Source of the DNA: an uncultured Acidimicrobiales bacterium
Lineage (GTDB): Bacteria > Actinomycetota > Acidimicrobiia > Acidimicrobiales > UBA10347
DNA length: 64,000 nt
Direction: 5' to 3'
Assembly (NCBI GenBank): GCA_943788915.1
Contig: CALSSD010000005.1
Span: forward strand, 620,001 to 684,000
This document shows, one piece after another, positions 50,144 through 62,026 of this stretch (positions are counted from its first letter, which is position 1; each line of letters opens with the position of its first letter). A model generated the notes under the pieces. That model worked only from the letters and a program-made list of their open reading frames with translations. It did not search any database and was not told where the DNA came from. Both the position numbers and the translations under genes were made by a program.

Positions 50144-51391
50144 ATGGTGAACTTGGAAGCTGACCTACCGGCACCGTCTACAGAACGCATTGCTGTCCAT
50201 GTGACCGGCGACGCGCTTCGTCAGCTACGAGGCGGTCATCCCTGGATCTGGGATGGTTCCATCGTGCGGGTCTCGGCCCAGGGCAAGGCGGGTGACCTGG
50301 CTGTCATCTTTGATGACAAGCGGAAGTTCGCCGGTATTGGCCTGTGGGACCCCCACGCCCCCATCGCGGTGCGGGTGTTACATCGCGGCTCGCCACAAAC
50401 CATCGACGCAGCGTTCTTTGCCGACAAGCTGCTCACGGCATATACCCGTCGACAACGGCTACACGACGATCCCCACACCACGGGGTATCGATTAGTCCAT
50501 GGCGAGAACGATGGGCTGCCTGGCCTGGTCGTTGACCGCTACGACTCGACCCTCGTCATCAAGCTCGACTCGCCGGTGTGGGTGCCGCATCTCCACACAC
50601 TTGTTGAACCACTGATCGAGTTGACCGATGCCACGCGAATCGTGTTGCGAGCCAGCCGACGCATCATCGAGAGGCTGCCCCATGTCTTGCGGGACAGTCC
50701 GACGATCTTCGGTGCGGCGCCGCGTGGGCCCATCGAGTTTTATGAAAACGGCCTTGTCTTCGAAGCCGACGTCGAACGAGGGCAAAAGACCGGCCACTTC
50801 CTCGACCAGCGAGACAACCGCCAACTCATCGGCGACCGCTGCAACGATGCCCACGTCTTAGATGTGTTCTGCAACACCGGCGGCTTCAGCGTGTACGCCG
50901 CAGCAGGTGGTGCCCGGTCGGTGCACAGCGTCGACGTCAGCCACCATGCCATCAAGGCAACACAACGCCATATTGAAATCAACCGCTCTGGCCTTGGCTT
51001 CGATGCCCGACACACCAGCCAGGTCGCCGACGCGTTCGAAGCCATGACCGAACTCGCGGATCGACATCAACGATTCGACGTAGTCATCGTGGACCCACCA
51101 ACGTTTGCGCCGAACACCGCATCGGTTCCGGCCGCTCGCCATGCCTATCGCCGTCTCACGTCATTAGCGGTCGAACTCTTGGCCACGGGTGGCACGCTGC
51201 TGCAGGCATCATGTTCCAGTCGAATCCCGGCCGACGAGTTTCATGCGCTCGTCACCGGCGAAATCGCCGAGAACGACATGAAGGCCATCAACACGATCAG
51301 GACCGGTCATGCGGTCGATCATCCGATCGGGTTCGAGCAAGGCGCCTACCTCAAGGCCATGCTGACCCAAGTAGTGCCAGCTCGGCGTTGA
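50144..51391 (+). CDS. RlmI-like SAM-dependent rRNA methyltransferase
   Basis: GHPWIW PUA domain, GENDGLPGL, GQKTGHFLDQR, LDVFCNTGGF and DPPTF motifs. Confidence 0.9.
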   Translation: MVNLEADLPAPSTERIAVHVTGDALRQLRGGHPWIWDGSIVRVSAQGKAGDLAVIFDDKRKFAGIGLWDPHAPIAVRVLHRGSPQTIDAAFFADKLLTAYTRRQRLHDDPHTTGYRLVHGENDGLPGLVVDRYDSTLVIKLDSPVWVPHLHTLVEPLIELTDATRIVLRASRRIIERLPHVLRDSPTIFGAAPRGPIEFYENGLVFEADVERGQKTGHFLDQRDNRQLIGDRCNDAHVLDVFCNTGGFSVYAAAGGARSVHSVDVSHHAIKATQRHIEINRSGLGFDARHTSQVADAFEAMTELADRHQRFDVVIVDPPTFAPNTASVPAARHAYRRLTSLAVELLATGGTLLQASCSSRIPADEFHALVTGEIAENDMKAINTIRTGHAVDHPIGFEQGAYLKAMLTQVVPARR

Positions 51392-51469
51392 CCCCCGGCG
51401 CCTCTCGGCGTGACGCCTTACCGCTAGAGGGTCCTTGCATCGGGTCGCGCTTCCTGCAAGCGTTACAGC

Positions 51470-52057
51470 GTGCCGAGCGATGACGAGAGCAACATTCTGC
51501 CGCCGACGATGAACGAGCGGGCGATGAACGAGCGGGCGTTGCCACAAGCCAACCGAACCGTGCTCGGGCTCCTTCTCGCGTTGCTGGCCATCGCCATCGT
51601 GCTCGCGTTATGGTTCCTGATTTTCGACAACGATGACTCGTCGACTTCAGCAGCCAGCCAAGCACCGCGGCCGACACCACTTACGATCGCGACATCGACA
51701 CCGGTTCCGCAGGATACGAGTATCGGCATCATCACCACAGAAGATGTCGAACCTGAAGCGACTACCGCACCTGTCCCCAGTTCGACACCGGTGGCTGAAG
51801 GATTCGAAGCCTGCACAGCCGACGCCTCACCACTCACGACATCGAGCTATATCGTCGATACCAACACGGCACCCCTCAACCAGCGCTACGAACCCTCAGT
51901 GGGTGGCGCTCAGGCGGGCAGCTTCGACCCTGGCCAGACAGGGTTGGTATTCACCGGCGAGTGCGTGGTGAACGTGACCGATGGTTACACGTGGTGGAAG
52001 ATCTTCAACGGCACAGAAGATGTGTGGGTCGCAAGCGCATTCGTGACGCCGAACTAA
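51470..52057 (+). CDS. Membrane-anchored extracytoplasmic protein with a C-terminal SH3b-like domain
   Basis: TM, Pro/Thr linker, then LNQRYEPS...DGYTWWKI...WVASAFV. Confidence 0.65.
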   Translation: MPSDDESNILPPTMNERAMNERALPQANRTVLGLLLALLAIAIVLALWFLIFDNDDSSTSAASQAPRPTPLTIATSTPVPQDTSIGIITTEDVEPEATTAPVPSSTPVAEGFEACTADASPLTTSSYIVDTNTAPLNQRYEPSVGGAQAGSFDPGQTGLVFTGECVVNVTDGYTWWKIFNGTEDVWVASAFVTPN

Positions 52058-52133
52058 CGCGGAGACCCCTACCGATAGGCCGAGCCATGCCGTGATTCGG
52101 CACCGTTCGGATCCTGGCTCTATCGTCGGACGC

Positions 52134-53291
52134 ATGACGATCGATTGGTCAGCTTCCACACCGTTCTTTACCGATGAACATCGCGCCTTTGCCGAAGCGG
52201 TGCGCCAGTTCACGACAAACGAAATCGTGCCCTACATCGAAGAATGGGAACGTGCCGGTTACGTCGACCGGGAGCTCTACCGCAAGGCTGCCAGGATCGA
52301 TATGTTCGGCGACGGTTTCGAGGCCGAATACGGCGGCCACGGACAACGCGATGCCCTGCTGCGCCTGGTGATGATGGACGAACTCTCCCAGGCCGGTTCC
52401 GGCGGCGTCGTGGCATCGATCCTGTCCAACTACATCGGCCTGCCGCCCGTGCAACGATTTGGCTCCGAAGAACTCAAAGCCAAGGTCATCGCCCCGTGCC
52501 AGGCAGGTGATGCGATTGCTGCGCTCGCAATAACCGAACCCTCTGGCGGTAGCGACGTAGCCCGGATCCGCACAACCGCGAGACGCGACGGCGACCACTA
52601 TGTGGTGAACGGCTCCAAGACGTTCATCACCTCTGGTATGCGGGCTGACTTCTACACCGTGGCTGTTCGCACCGGAGCCGAAGGGCCAGCTGGCATTAGC
52701 TTGTTACTGATCGAAGCTGACCGCGACGGTTTCGAACGCACACCGCTGGACAAGATGGGTTGGCTGTCAAGCGATACAGCGACCTTGTACTTTGATGACG
52801 TGCGGGTCCCGGTATCGAACCTGATCGGCGAAGAAGGTGCCGGGTTCAGTGCCATCGTGAACAACTTCAACGCCGAACGTATGGACATGGCGGTGCAGTC
52901 GTTTAGTTTCGCTCGGGTCTGTTACGACGAGGCGCTGGCTTGGGCCCGTGAGCGCGAAACCTTCGGCCGCAAACTCGGCGAACATCAGGTGATCCGCCAC
53001 AAGTTCGTAGAAATGGATCGCCGAATCAACGCCGGTCAGGCGTGGACACAACTTCTTGCGTGGCGTCTCAACCAGGGTGATAACCCCGTCGCCGAGATCG
53101 CCGAAGCCAAGGTCGCAGCGACAACCACGTTCGAGTTCTGTGCCCGTGAAGCCGCCCAGATTCTCGGTGGCGCCAGTTACCTGCGAGGAAGCGTCGTCGA
53201 ACGTCTCTACCGAGAAGTACGGGTCCAAGCCATCGGCGGTGGCTCCGAAGAGATCATGCGCGACCTGGCATCACGCCAGCTCGGCATCTGA
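52134..53291 (+). CDS. Acyl-CoA dehydrogenase
   Basis: AITEPSGGSD, NGSKTFIT, RETFG and IGGGSEEIM motifs. Confidence 0.95.
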   Translation: MTIDWSASTPFFTDEHRAFAEAVRQFTTNEIVPYIEEWERAGYVDRELYRKAARIDMFGDGFEAEYGGHGQRDALLRLVMMDELSQAGSGGVVASILSNYIGLPPVQRFGSEELKAKVIAPCQAGDAIAALAITEPSGGSDVARIRTTARRDGDHYVVNGSKTFITSGMRADFYTVAVRTGAEGPAGISLLLIEADRDGFERTPLDKMGWLSSDTATLYFDDVRVPVSNLIGEEGAGFSAIVNNFNAERMDMAVQSFSFARVCYDEALAWARERETFGRKLGEHQVIRHKFVEMDRRINAGQAWTQLLAWRLNQGDNPVAEIAEAKVAATTTFEFCAREAAQILGGASYLRGSVVERLYREVRVQAIGGGSEEIMRDLASRQLGI

Positions 53292-53295
53292 CGAC

Positions 53296-54910
53296 TTACC
53301 AGTCCTCTTTCACCAGCCCACGAGTCGCCGCCGTCGGCATCATCGCCGTCGGCATCGACGCCGTCAGGTGCGTCGGCATCGTCGGGTTCATCTGCTGTCG
53401 CAGCGTCTGCGAATGTTGCCTTGGCGCCGCCAGACGAGGCGCCAGACTCTGGAACCTGAGACTCTGGCCGAGACTCTGGGGCTTGAGATTGGGCCGCATC
53501 GAGGCTCGTGTCCGCCGTAGCTACAACGCGCGGCACAACTCGTGCTGCGTCGGCAGGCAGATCACCCGGGACTGAGTCCAGAGGCGGAGCAGCCGGCGGA
53601 ATCAACTCACCAGCTGGGCCTTGCTCAACCTGCACCGGCATAACGGGAACGGTTGGGTTTCCTGGACTGGTGTAGTGCTGCGGCAGCGGCTGGGCCGGCT
53701 GCGCGTACGGCCCGGCGGGATAAGGCGCTGCGTAACCCGGTGGATACTGACCGGGGTACGGCTGGCCCCACTGCTGCGGCGGATAGCCGGGGTATGGCTG
53801 GGGGTATCCGCCGTAACCCGGTGCCATCGCGACTGGCTGCAACTGCTGTGGCTGCTGCTGGACTGGTGGTTCGGCTTCGGGCGCTCCTCGACGACGACGG
53901 ATTGATCGAATGCCACGTTCATCACTGACGCTGCTGTACACCCAGTCATCAGGCCAGATCAGCTTGGTGATACCACCCGCCCCTGCAACGACACCGCCCA
54001 GGACTACAAACCGGATCATGATGGACACCAGCGGTGCCACATTGGCCGCGTACACCGCGACCACAGAGTTCCCAGACGAACCTCCGCCTGCCAGGAGCGG
54101 CACGACGAATCGAATCAAATAAATAATGACGACGAGCACCACGCCGACCCCAACCATGCCTCCCCCGAATTGGATAGCAGTCGACGGGCGACGATCGGCG
54201 ATTATGACCGCACCGGCCAACGATGCGATAGCCCCAAGCAGGGTGAGCCCACGCCAGTTCGGTCCGTTGCGCAACAACGTCCACAGGAAATTGATCGTGG
54301 TGTCGCGATCAGCGACCTTAAAGACGCCGTAGCCGGCTGGAGGCGCGGTTTGGGTGATCTCCGCGGTGCGTGGATCTGCCGCAAGCCGCTCATAAATCGG
54401 CTGGTACAACGGCTGCATGTTGAAGAACACTTCGCCCTTGTTCCGCAACAACGCTGCCGATTCAAGCTCGGCCGAAGTAATCAGCTCGGTTTGGCTTCGC
54501 CCAAGTGCACTCGCGAACGTGCGGTCGTAAGTTGCGCTATCAAAGACATCGAGTAGCACCTCTTCGATGGCCTGATCCCGCGCGATTTGTTCTTCGGTGA
54601 TCGGGTCGGGGAGGTCATCTTCGAGCAGGTTGCCAAGGCCGGTCTCTGCCTCTTCTACAACATCACCTTCGGCCAGAGCGATGATTTCGGTGCGGAATCC
54701 GTCAAAAAGCCGTTCGCGTATTTCTGCATTCGTCGCAAGCCCCGACGTGTTCTCTAGGAACGTGTCGGGTGTATGGAAATGCTGATCGACGTAGCGGAAG
54801 ACGCCAGCAAACAAGGCAAGGAGCACACCGATGGTGACCAGTCCGCTCGCAACAATTCGTCGGATATCGCGACTCCAGCGCTCAGGGCCATCCTTACGAC
54901 GGCCGACCAG
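53296..54910 (-). CDS. Hypothetical multi-TM protein with a Pro/Gln/Tyr-rich tail (start uncertain; probable indel near 53309)
   Basis: Long ORF 53207-54826 stays open upstream to ~54915; TMs, then PQPYPGYP repeats. Confidence 0.65.
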
Positions 54911-55336
54911 CGCAGGTTAATACCCCGAGCTGACGAAATTCGGCACAGTAACTAAAGGACTTGTCCCTATCCCTTCATTCAGAGCGTCTACGGGCAGCCC
55001 TGCTTCGAGTTGTGGACCCACGCTCCACCCAACTGCGGAACTAGCGTGATCAGGTGAAGAAACCCGAGTCATCATGGGGACTTGCGGTTGCCACCCTGGC
55101 ACTCGCCGTGCTCGCGGTCATTGTCGCAACGTCGCTGTACCTCGGCCTTCGAGGCCTTCTCTAGACGGTCCTGTCGGCGCCGGTGGAGACAGTGGTTCCG
55201 GCCATGTGAGCTCGCCACCCGCGCCACCGCATTCTAAGAGAACCGCAAGAATCTCTCGCAAGCGTTCGAGCAACGGCCCGGCGTTGTTTACGATGCTCAC
55301 TCATGGATGCAGCATCGACATGACAGTGGTAACGGC

Positions 55337-56026
55337 ATGACTGTGGCATCGACGATCTTGATAGCCGAAGATGATCGGGCCGCCCGACTAGCGCTTGAGC
55401 GTGCGCTGAAGTTCGAGGGTTACGCCGTACTCGCGGCATCCGATGGTGGCGAAGCACTCGAACTGCTGGGCTCCAACGAACCCGACGCCATCGTGCTCGA
55501 TGTCATGATGCCAGGTATCGATGGCCACACCGTGTGCCGACGGATCCGCGACAAGGGCATCCATATCCCCGTGCTGATGCTCACCGCTCGACATGAAATT
55601 GCTGATCGCGTTGCGGGGCTCGATGCGGGCGCCGACGACTACCTCGTCAAGCCATACGCACTCGACGAACTCCTCGCTCGCCTCCGTGCCTTGCTCCGTC
55701 GAACCAGTGTCACCGGCAGCGACGGGTCCACAATCGAACTCGACAATCTGGTTCTCGATGCCTTGGCGCGCCGGGTAACCCGGGACCAAGCCGTGATCGA
55801 CCTGACCAAGACCGAATTCGACTTACTCGAGCTTCTTGTGCACAACCAAGGCATCGTGCTGACACGCGACGTCATCTATGAGCGCATCTGGGGCTTCGAC
55901 TTCGAAACCGGTTCCAAGTCACTCGATGTGTACATCGGGTACCTGCGGCGCAAGCTCGAGGCCGACGGCGCATCACGTCTTATCCACACCGTACGCGGCG
56001 TGGGTTACGTCGCCCGACAAGAGTAG
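55337..56026 (+). CDS. OmpR-family response regulator (MprA-like)
   Basis: AEDD, LDVMMP, GADDYLVKP, LTKTEF, YLRRKLE and TVRGVGY motifs. Confidence 0.93.
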   Translation: MTVASTILIAEDDRAARLALERALKFEGYAVLAASDGGEALELLGSNEPDAIVLDVMMPGIDGHTVCRRIRDKGIHIPVLMLTARHEIADRVAGLDAGADDYLVKPYALDELLARLRALLRRTSVTGSDGSTIELDNLVLDALARRVTRDQAVIDLTKTEFDLLELLVHNQGIVLTRDVIYERIWGFDFETGSKSLDVYIGYLRRKLEADGASRLIHTVRGVGYVARQE

Positions 56027-56035
56027 ACCGCCACC

Positions 56036-57471
56036 ATGAGCCTCCGAACTCGGATTGCGCTGCTTGTCGGAGTCACCGTGCTCTTGGCGTCCGCGATCGG
56101 CGGTATTGGCACCACTATTAGTTCCCGAAGCGTGGGGCTGGATCGGGTGGACCGGGCGCTTGCCAACGATGCCGAGGCCCTTCCAGCACAGGGCCCTCGG
56201 CTGGCCGGCCAGCTGCAATTCGCGTTCGATGCGCGTCGCGCAACCTGCAATGACGACGCTGACGCAGACTCCGAAGAAATCGGATCAGGCGCTGCCCAAT
56301 CCGAGACAGGACGCAGTGGCGGCCGACTGCGGTTCTTGCCCGAGTTCGCAAGCAACCTGCAACTCGTTCGGGCAAACGGCAACGTATTCTCCGCCTGTCA
56401 GACGCTGCCGATTTCCGCCGACGAGATCGCCATTGCCACCACTGGCGAAGGCACAAACTATCGGACCGTCTCGATCGAAGGACGAGCGATTTCGGGTGTT
56501 GACCCGCGGGTTCGGCGACGTCGGTGCCGTGCAGTTCGCCCGCAACCTTGAGATAACCGAGGACACCTTGCGCGGCGTGGTCGTTCGCAGCCTGGTCTTC
56601 GGACTGATCGGAGCTGCCTGTGCCGCCGCGCTCGGATGGTTGTTCGCAAAACGGGCAACCGAACCGGTCCTCCGTCTGAGCCAGGCTGCAGAACGAGTCG
56701 CGCGCACCCAGGATCTCGGCGAACGAATCGCCGTCGACGGCGGCGGGGAGATCGGCGCGCTGGCGTCGAGTTTCAACACCATGCTCACCTCACTCGACAC
56801 GTCCCGCGAACAGCAGAAGCGGCTGGTCCAAGACGCCAGTCATGAGCTGCGCACGCCATTAACCAGCATGCGGACCAATGTCGAGCTATTGCAGCGCCAC
56901 ACAAACATCGATCCCGAGGTTCGAGCTCAGGTTCTCCACGACATCGGCGCAGAGCTTCACGAGCTCACCGAACTGACCACCGAACTCGTCGACTCGGCCA
57001 CCGAGATACCGGCCACCTTGCAACTGCGAGATGAGATCGACCTGATCGACCTAGTACAGGCATGTGCGGACCGTGCTCGACGACGGCACCACCGAACTAT
57101 CCATGTCCACGTGACCCACGACGACCGCTCGACCATCCCCGGAGATACCGCACTTCTTAGCCGGGCCGTGACCAACTTGATCAACAACGCAGTGAAGTTC
57201 AGCGATCAAGGGACCGAGGTCGATGTCGAGGTATCCGCGATTGCAGTCACGATCAGCGATCGGGGACCGGGTATCCCCGATGCCGACTTGCCGTTCATCT
57301 TCGACCGCTTTTACCGGGCGACCGCAGCCCGATCCGCACCGGGTTCCGGGCTAGGCCTGGCCATCGTCAACCAGATAGTTGCCGGCCCATGGGGGCACAG
57401 TGCACGCATCCAACCGCGCCGACGGTGGCGCCCAGATCGGCTTCTCGTTACCTGTCGTAACTACCGCATAA
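56036..57471 (+). CDS. HAMP sensor histidine kinase (MprB-like; apparent indels near 56480 and 57385)
   Basis: TM-loop-TM-HAMP; DASHELRTPL, NLINNAVKFS, DRGPGI, FDRFYR and GSGLGL motifs. Confidence 0.88.
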
Positions 57472-58098
57472 TATGACTGAGCAGGGCGACGGCACGTAGG
57501 TCCGCTCGGTCGACTCAGCCGCTAACAGCAGAGATACGACACAAAGAGGCAGCCCGACAACGTTTGACCAACAGCCGCCCACTGTGCGGATGAACGGTTT
57601 GGCTTGGGCTTGCAGAGCGAGCCCGCCAGCCTTGTCCATACCAGCGCCCGTTGCGACATAACGTTGGATCTCCTCGACGGTGAGGGGTCGAAGCTCGACA
57701 ACTGTCGTGACCATCTCAACCTGAGGCTCTGCGCCGCGATGTCCAATACAGACGGCGGTGGCGATCTCGAGATTGCAGCCTGACATCGATGCCAACATCG
57801 CGGCGAGTCGACGGTTGGTGGTCGGCTTCCCCATCACTGTGCCGTTGCACGCCACCAGCGTGTCAGCCGTCAAGAGCAGCCTGTCGGTGCCGTTCGCTGG
57901 GAACGCAGCAAACTTCGCCCGAGCAATGGTCTCGGCGAGGATCCGCGGGTCTCGTTCGAGCTCATCGATGAACGCGTTCTCATCAAGTTCCACCACCTCG
58001 ACGTCGAAGTCGACGCCGAGCGACCGAAGCAAGTCCGCCCGCCGAGGCGATGCTGACCCAAGGGTTACCTTGGGGGTTATCTTGGCTGGTTCAACCAC
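57448..58098 (-). CDS. maf: Maf-family nucleotide pyrophosphatase
   Basis: LGSASPRR, ADTLV...GKP, DKAG and NVVGLP motifs. Confidence 0.9.
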   Translation of the reverse strand: MVEPAKITPKVTLGSASPRRADLLRSLGVDFDVEVVELDENAFIDELERDPRILAETIARAKFAAFPANGTDRLLLTADTLVACNGTVMGKPTTNRRLAAMLASMSGCNLEIATAVCIGHRGAEPQVEMVTTVVELRPLTVEEIQRYVATGAGMDKAGGLALQAQAKPFIRTVGGCWSNVVGLPLCVVSLLLAAESTERTYVPSPCSVILCGSYDR

Positions 58099-59345
58099 CG
58101 CTGACGATCGAGTCTGCGCCGCCACCGGGTGGTTGATCGTTGTCCCGATCACTTAGCCAGCCTTCGGGAAGGTGCACCGCTCGGGGCCCGCCAGTATGAC
58201 TGCGAGGCTGGCGTAGTACGCCCGGCGGGAACGGCTCACTCGAATCGGCCTGCTCGACCAGCACCCGCAGCTCATCGAGTTTGGTGAACCGGGCGAACTG
58301 GTTACGCATCTCGCCGCCGATGGGGAAGCCCATCAGGTACCAGAGCGCATGTTTGCGGAACATGCGGAGCGCACCCTCGTTGCCGTACCACTCCACCAAC
58401 ATCTCTGCATGGCGAAGCATCGTGTGGCTCACCGCGCCAAATGTTGGGAGCTCGGGAAGCGGCTGACTGTCGAACGCAGCTGCGAGTGCACTGAACAGCC
58501 ACGGCCGTCCGAGGCAACCTCGACCAATGACGACGCCGTCGCAACCAGTCTCGCGCATCATGGCAAGTGCATCGGCCGGCTCCCAGATATCACCGTTGCC
58601 AAGCACAGGGATCGAAGTCACTGCCTGTTTGAGTTCACCAATCGCATCCCATCGGGCATGCCCTGAATACAGCTGCTCGGCGGTGCGGGCATGCAGCGCG
58701 ATCGCTGCACAACCTTCGCCCTCGGCGATGCGGCCGGTCTCAATGAAGGTCATGACATCGTCGTCGACGCCCATACGGAACTTGATCGTGACCGGAACAT
58801 CACCAGCACCGGCGACGGCCGCTTGCACGATGCGACGCAACAGTCGATGGCGGACCGGCAAGGCTGCGCCGCCACCATGTTTGGTCACCTTTGGTACCGG
58901 GCAACCGAAGTTCATATCGACATGGTCAACAGCACCCTGCTCAACCAACCGGCGCACGGTTTCGCCGACCTCTTCGGGAACCGTGCCGTACAACTGGATG
59001 CTGCGAGGCGACTCGTCTGCACCGAACTCGGCGAGCTTGAGTGTCTTGGCATTACCTTCGAGCCACGCCCGAGCGGTGATCATCTGATTGACGTACAACC
59101 CAGGTGCTGCGTCGAGTGGTGCAGACGACGGGAACAGCCAGGCGACGCCCCTGTTCACCATGCTCGCGACACAGTGCCCGAAACGGCACGTCGGTCACAC
59201 CGGCCATGGGAGCCAGAATCACCGGTGGCCAGACAGCCAATGGGCCGATCCGCAGCTCAGGAAATTCGCCAGGCGCCGCCGATGCTGGGGCCATACCAGC
59301 CGCGTCGGGCGGCGACTGTGGGGGAAGCGTCTCTACCGATGTCAC
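58091..59345 (-). CDS. dusB: tRNA-dihydrouridine synthase (apparent frameshift near 59155)
   Basis: LAPMAGVTD in the upstream frame; DMNFGCP, LHART, GNGDI and GRGCLGRPW downstream. Confidence 0.88.
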
Positions 59346-59485
59346 CCCACCAGCTTTACGGATCGAGCCTCCAATCACACCCTGTTCTTACACCCTGCCG
59401 TAAACCTTGCACCTGGACCCTGTTTCATCGCACCGATTGCAGGTGGCCCAGTCGGACCCGAAACACGTCGTACGATGCAAAGTTG

Positions 59486-61864
59486 ATGACAGTCGTTTCC
59501 GAGACCTCCGGCACCCCCGAGCCACCCGACAAGCCGCCAGCGATCGGCTTCGGTCTCCAAAGTCGCGACGTGGTTCCCGTGATTGCCTTGCTCGCTGGCG
59601 TCGCCGCCACCTTTAGCGGTAACCAGCCAACCGGAAACTCCGCTGCGGATTACGCGCTCAGTTTCGTCTTCGCTGCGGCTGTCGTGTGGTTCGGTCAGTT
59701 CGCCACCGCACAAGCTGTCACAGTGTCGGCTGCGCTTGGCCTGTTCTTCACTGGATTCAGCATCCCTGCCATCGCCTTTGCGGCTTGTGCGCTTTTGGTA
59801 GCACTGGCGATCACTATGTGGCGCCAGTTGGACCGCGACAGTTGGGTAATCAGCGCCGCCTTTGTGGCCGCGCTGACGACACAAACCGTCTTGTACTTGC
59901 CCAATATCGGCTTCAACACAAGCGCTTCGATTCTGGCAGCGATAACGATTACACCCATCGTGATCACCGGATTCCGCAATTTGCCGGAGCGCCAACAACA
60001 ACACGCCCGCCGTGGCCTCGTTGCGGTCATGACCTTCGCAGCCGGAGCAACGGCACTCACTGCGGCAACTGCATTGTCTGCTCGGGGGCAGGTTGAGCGT
60101 GGTGTCGACCAGGCCGAAGACGGTGTCACCGCAGTGGAACAAGGTGACCAATCCCAGGCACTCGTGTTGCTCGATGCCGCACAGGTTGACTTCGAACAGG
60201 CGCACGACCGGCTGAGTGGCCCGTTGACCTGGCCAGCCCGGTGGGTCCCGATTGCAGCACAACACAGTCGCGCACTCGAAACTGCGGCAGCTCAGGGAGC
60301 CACATTGGCGGGCACTGCAAAACGCACTGTGCTGCAAGCCGACGTCGACAAGATCCGGGGCCAAAACGGCGAGCTCGACCTTGACCTTGTTGAGGCGGTG
60401 AACGCCGAACTCACGCTTGCGAATCGTACGCTGCGGGCAGCACAACAGTCGTTGCGCGACGTCAACACCCCGTGGCTGTTGCCCATGCTTGGCTCCCGCC
60501 TCGACTCGGTGAACGAGGAATTGGTGTCGACCGCCGCAGATATCGATCTGGCCAACCATGGCACGTCAGTGCTTCCCGACATGTTCGGGGCAAACGGACT
60601 CCGGCGCTACATGGTGCTGTTTCTCCAGCCATCTGAGTCTCGTGAGTTCGGTGGTTTCGTGGGTGCCTACGGTTTCCTTGAAGCCGACCAAGGTCGCTTT
60701 GAGTTAACCGAGTCTGGTTCGGTCGATGTCGAGCTTGGCAACGGACCGGCGACATTCACCAACCCAGAAGTGTTCCCCGAGTCATTCCTGTCCGCCGTTC
60801 CCAGCTTGCGACCGCAGAACCTCACCGCGACCCCGGATCTGTCCACAATCGCCGCAGCAGTCCGCGACCTCACCCCTCAATGGAGACAGGACCCCGAATT
60901 CCACATTGACGGGGTGATCACAATCGACCCATATGCGCTGGCAGGGATGCTCGAACTAACCGGACCGATTGTTGTCGACGGCCGCACCGAACCCATTGAT
61001 GCCGACAACGTGGTCGACTTCTTGCTTCGCGACCAGTACGTCGAGTTCGACCCCGTAGACCGGGCGCAGCGTCAAGATGTACTTCGGGTGCTCGCTGGCC
61101 AGGCCTTCAATAAACTGTTAGCTATCGAGATCCCCGGACCCGAGAAACTCGGCGCTATCTTCGGGCCAGCTGCGCGGGCAAACCGCTTGAGCATGGTGAC
61201 GTTCAACGAACAAGAGAACGCCTTCCTGGATCGCATCTGGTTATCTGCCGATTTCCCTGACGTCGGCACAGCTGTCGACATGGTCGGCATCTACGGCCAG
61301 ACGGGTACTGCATCAAAACTCGACGGCTACGCAAGCCGCACTGCAACGTACGACGTCATGGTGAACCCCGAAACGGGAGCAGTCACGTCGGAGCTAGTGA
61401 TGGTCGAATCCAACGATGCACCAGCCGATGCTGGTGACTATGTCCTTGGACGCGGCGACGTCGGCGGCCCTGCCGGTGGGACACTCGGTTTCGGCAGCAA
61501 CTTCCTGGCGCTCGGGTTGTACACCCGATCCACAGTTGAATCGTTGGAAGCAGATACTGCGTACCGGATCGAGGACGCGCAGCCTGCCTTTAGCTACGAC
61601 CGCCACCGCATCTTCTTTGAGGTCCCCCTCGGCGACTCTGCTCAGGTGACCGCAAGAATGTCGTCTCAAGCCGAACCCGGCCGGTACGACGTGTATGTCC
61701 CTGCCCAAGCAACCGCGCTGGTTGGTGAGTTCACGCTGACCGTTCGGCCATCGCAGGGTTGGCGGATCAGTGGCTTTCCCACACAACAAGATGGCAGCTG
61801 GACCGAGACGTTTGCGCTCGACGAGGCCCATGGTTTCACGCTTATCTTCGAACGTGGTGAGTAG
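59486..61864 (+). CDS. DUF4012-domain membrane protein
   Basis: Several N-terminal TMs; MFGANGLRRYMVLFLQPSESREFGG, DGVITIDPYAL and SKLDGY match DUF4012-type motifs. Confidence 0.8.
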   Translation: MTVVSETSGTPEPPDKPPAIGFGLQSRDVVPVIALLAGVAATFSGNQPTGNSAADYALSFVFAAAVVWFGQFATAQAVTVSAALGLFFTGFSIPAIAFAACALLVALAITMWRQLDRDSWVISAAFVAALTTQTVLYLPNIGFNTSASILAAITITPIVITGFRNLPERQQQHARRGLVAVMTFAAGATALTAATALSARGQVERGVDQAEDGVTAVEQGDQSQALVLLDAAQVDFEQAHDRLSGPLTWPARWVPIAAQHSRALETAAAQGATLAGTAKRTVLQADVDKIRGQNGELDLDLVEAVNAELTLANRTLRAAQQSLRDVNTPWLLPMLGSRLDSVNEELVSTAADIDLANHGTSVLPDMFGANGLRRYMVLFLQPSESREFGGFVGAYGFLEADQGRFELTESGSVDVELGNGPATFTNPEVFPESFLSAVPSLRPQNLTATPDLSTIAAAVRDLTPQWRQDPEFHIDGVITIDPYALAGMLELTGPIVVDGRTEPIDADNVVDFLLRDQYVEFDPVDRAQRQDVLRVLAGQAFNKLLAIEIPGPEKLGAIFGPAARANRLSMVTFNEQENAFLDRIWLSADFPDVGTAVDMVGIYGQTGTASKLDGYASRTATYDVMVNPETGAVTSELVMVESNDAPADAGDYVLGRGDVGGPAGGTLGFGSNFLALGLYTRSTVESLEADTAYRIEDAQPAFSYDRHRIFFEVPLGDSAQVTARMSSQAEPGRYDVYVPAQATALVGEFTLTVRPSQGWRISGFPTQQDGSWTETFALDEAHGFTLIFERGE

Positions 61865-61925
61865 AGACCTCCGTGGCTGCGGAAGTACATACCTCGCGTT
61901 TTTATAAAGATCTTCGCTCAAGAAG

Positions 61926-61953
61926 TTGACGTGGAACTTCAGTTGTCTATACT
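61926..61953 (+). promoter_or_regulatory. Strong sigma-A-like promoter of the LAQTG protein gene
   Basis: TTGACG-N16-TATACT; AT-rich upstream; GAAGTT-N7-AACTTC inverted repeat over the -35. Confidence 0.65.
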
Positions 61954-62026
61954 TCAATCCGCATAGCGCAACCGCGCAAACCTTTGGAATACTGAAGAGT
62001 CAAATGGCTCTCGCGAGGAACTTATT

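Noticed and set aside
51508..51537. 15-bp tandem duplication (MNERA x2)
   Set aside because: In-frame duplication in a disordered N-terminus with no evident function
58691..59485. N-terminal extension giving a 1057-aa DUF4012 protein; likewise the 23627-24454 extension of galK
   Set aside because: Overlaps dusB antisense or the EamA gene; the real starts are 59486 and 24455
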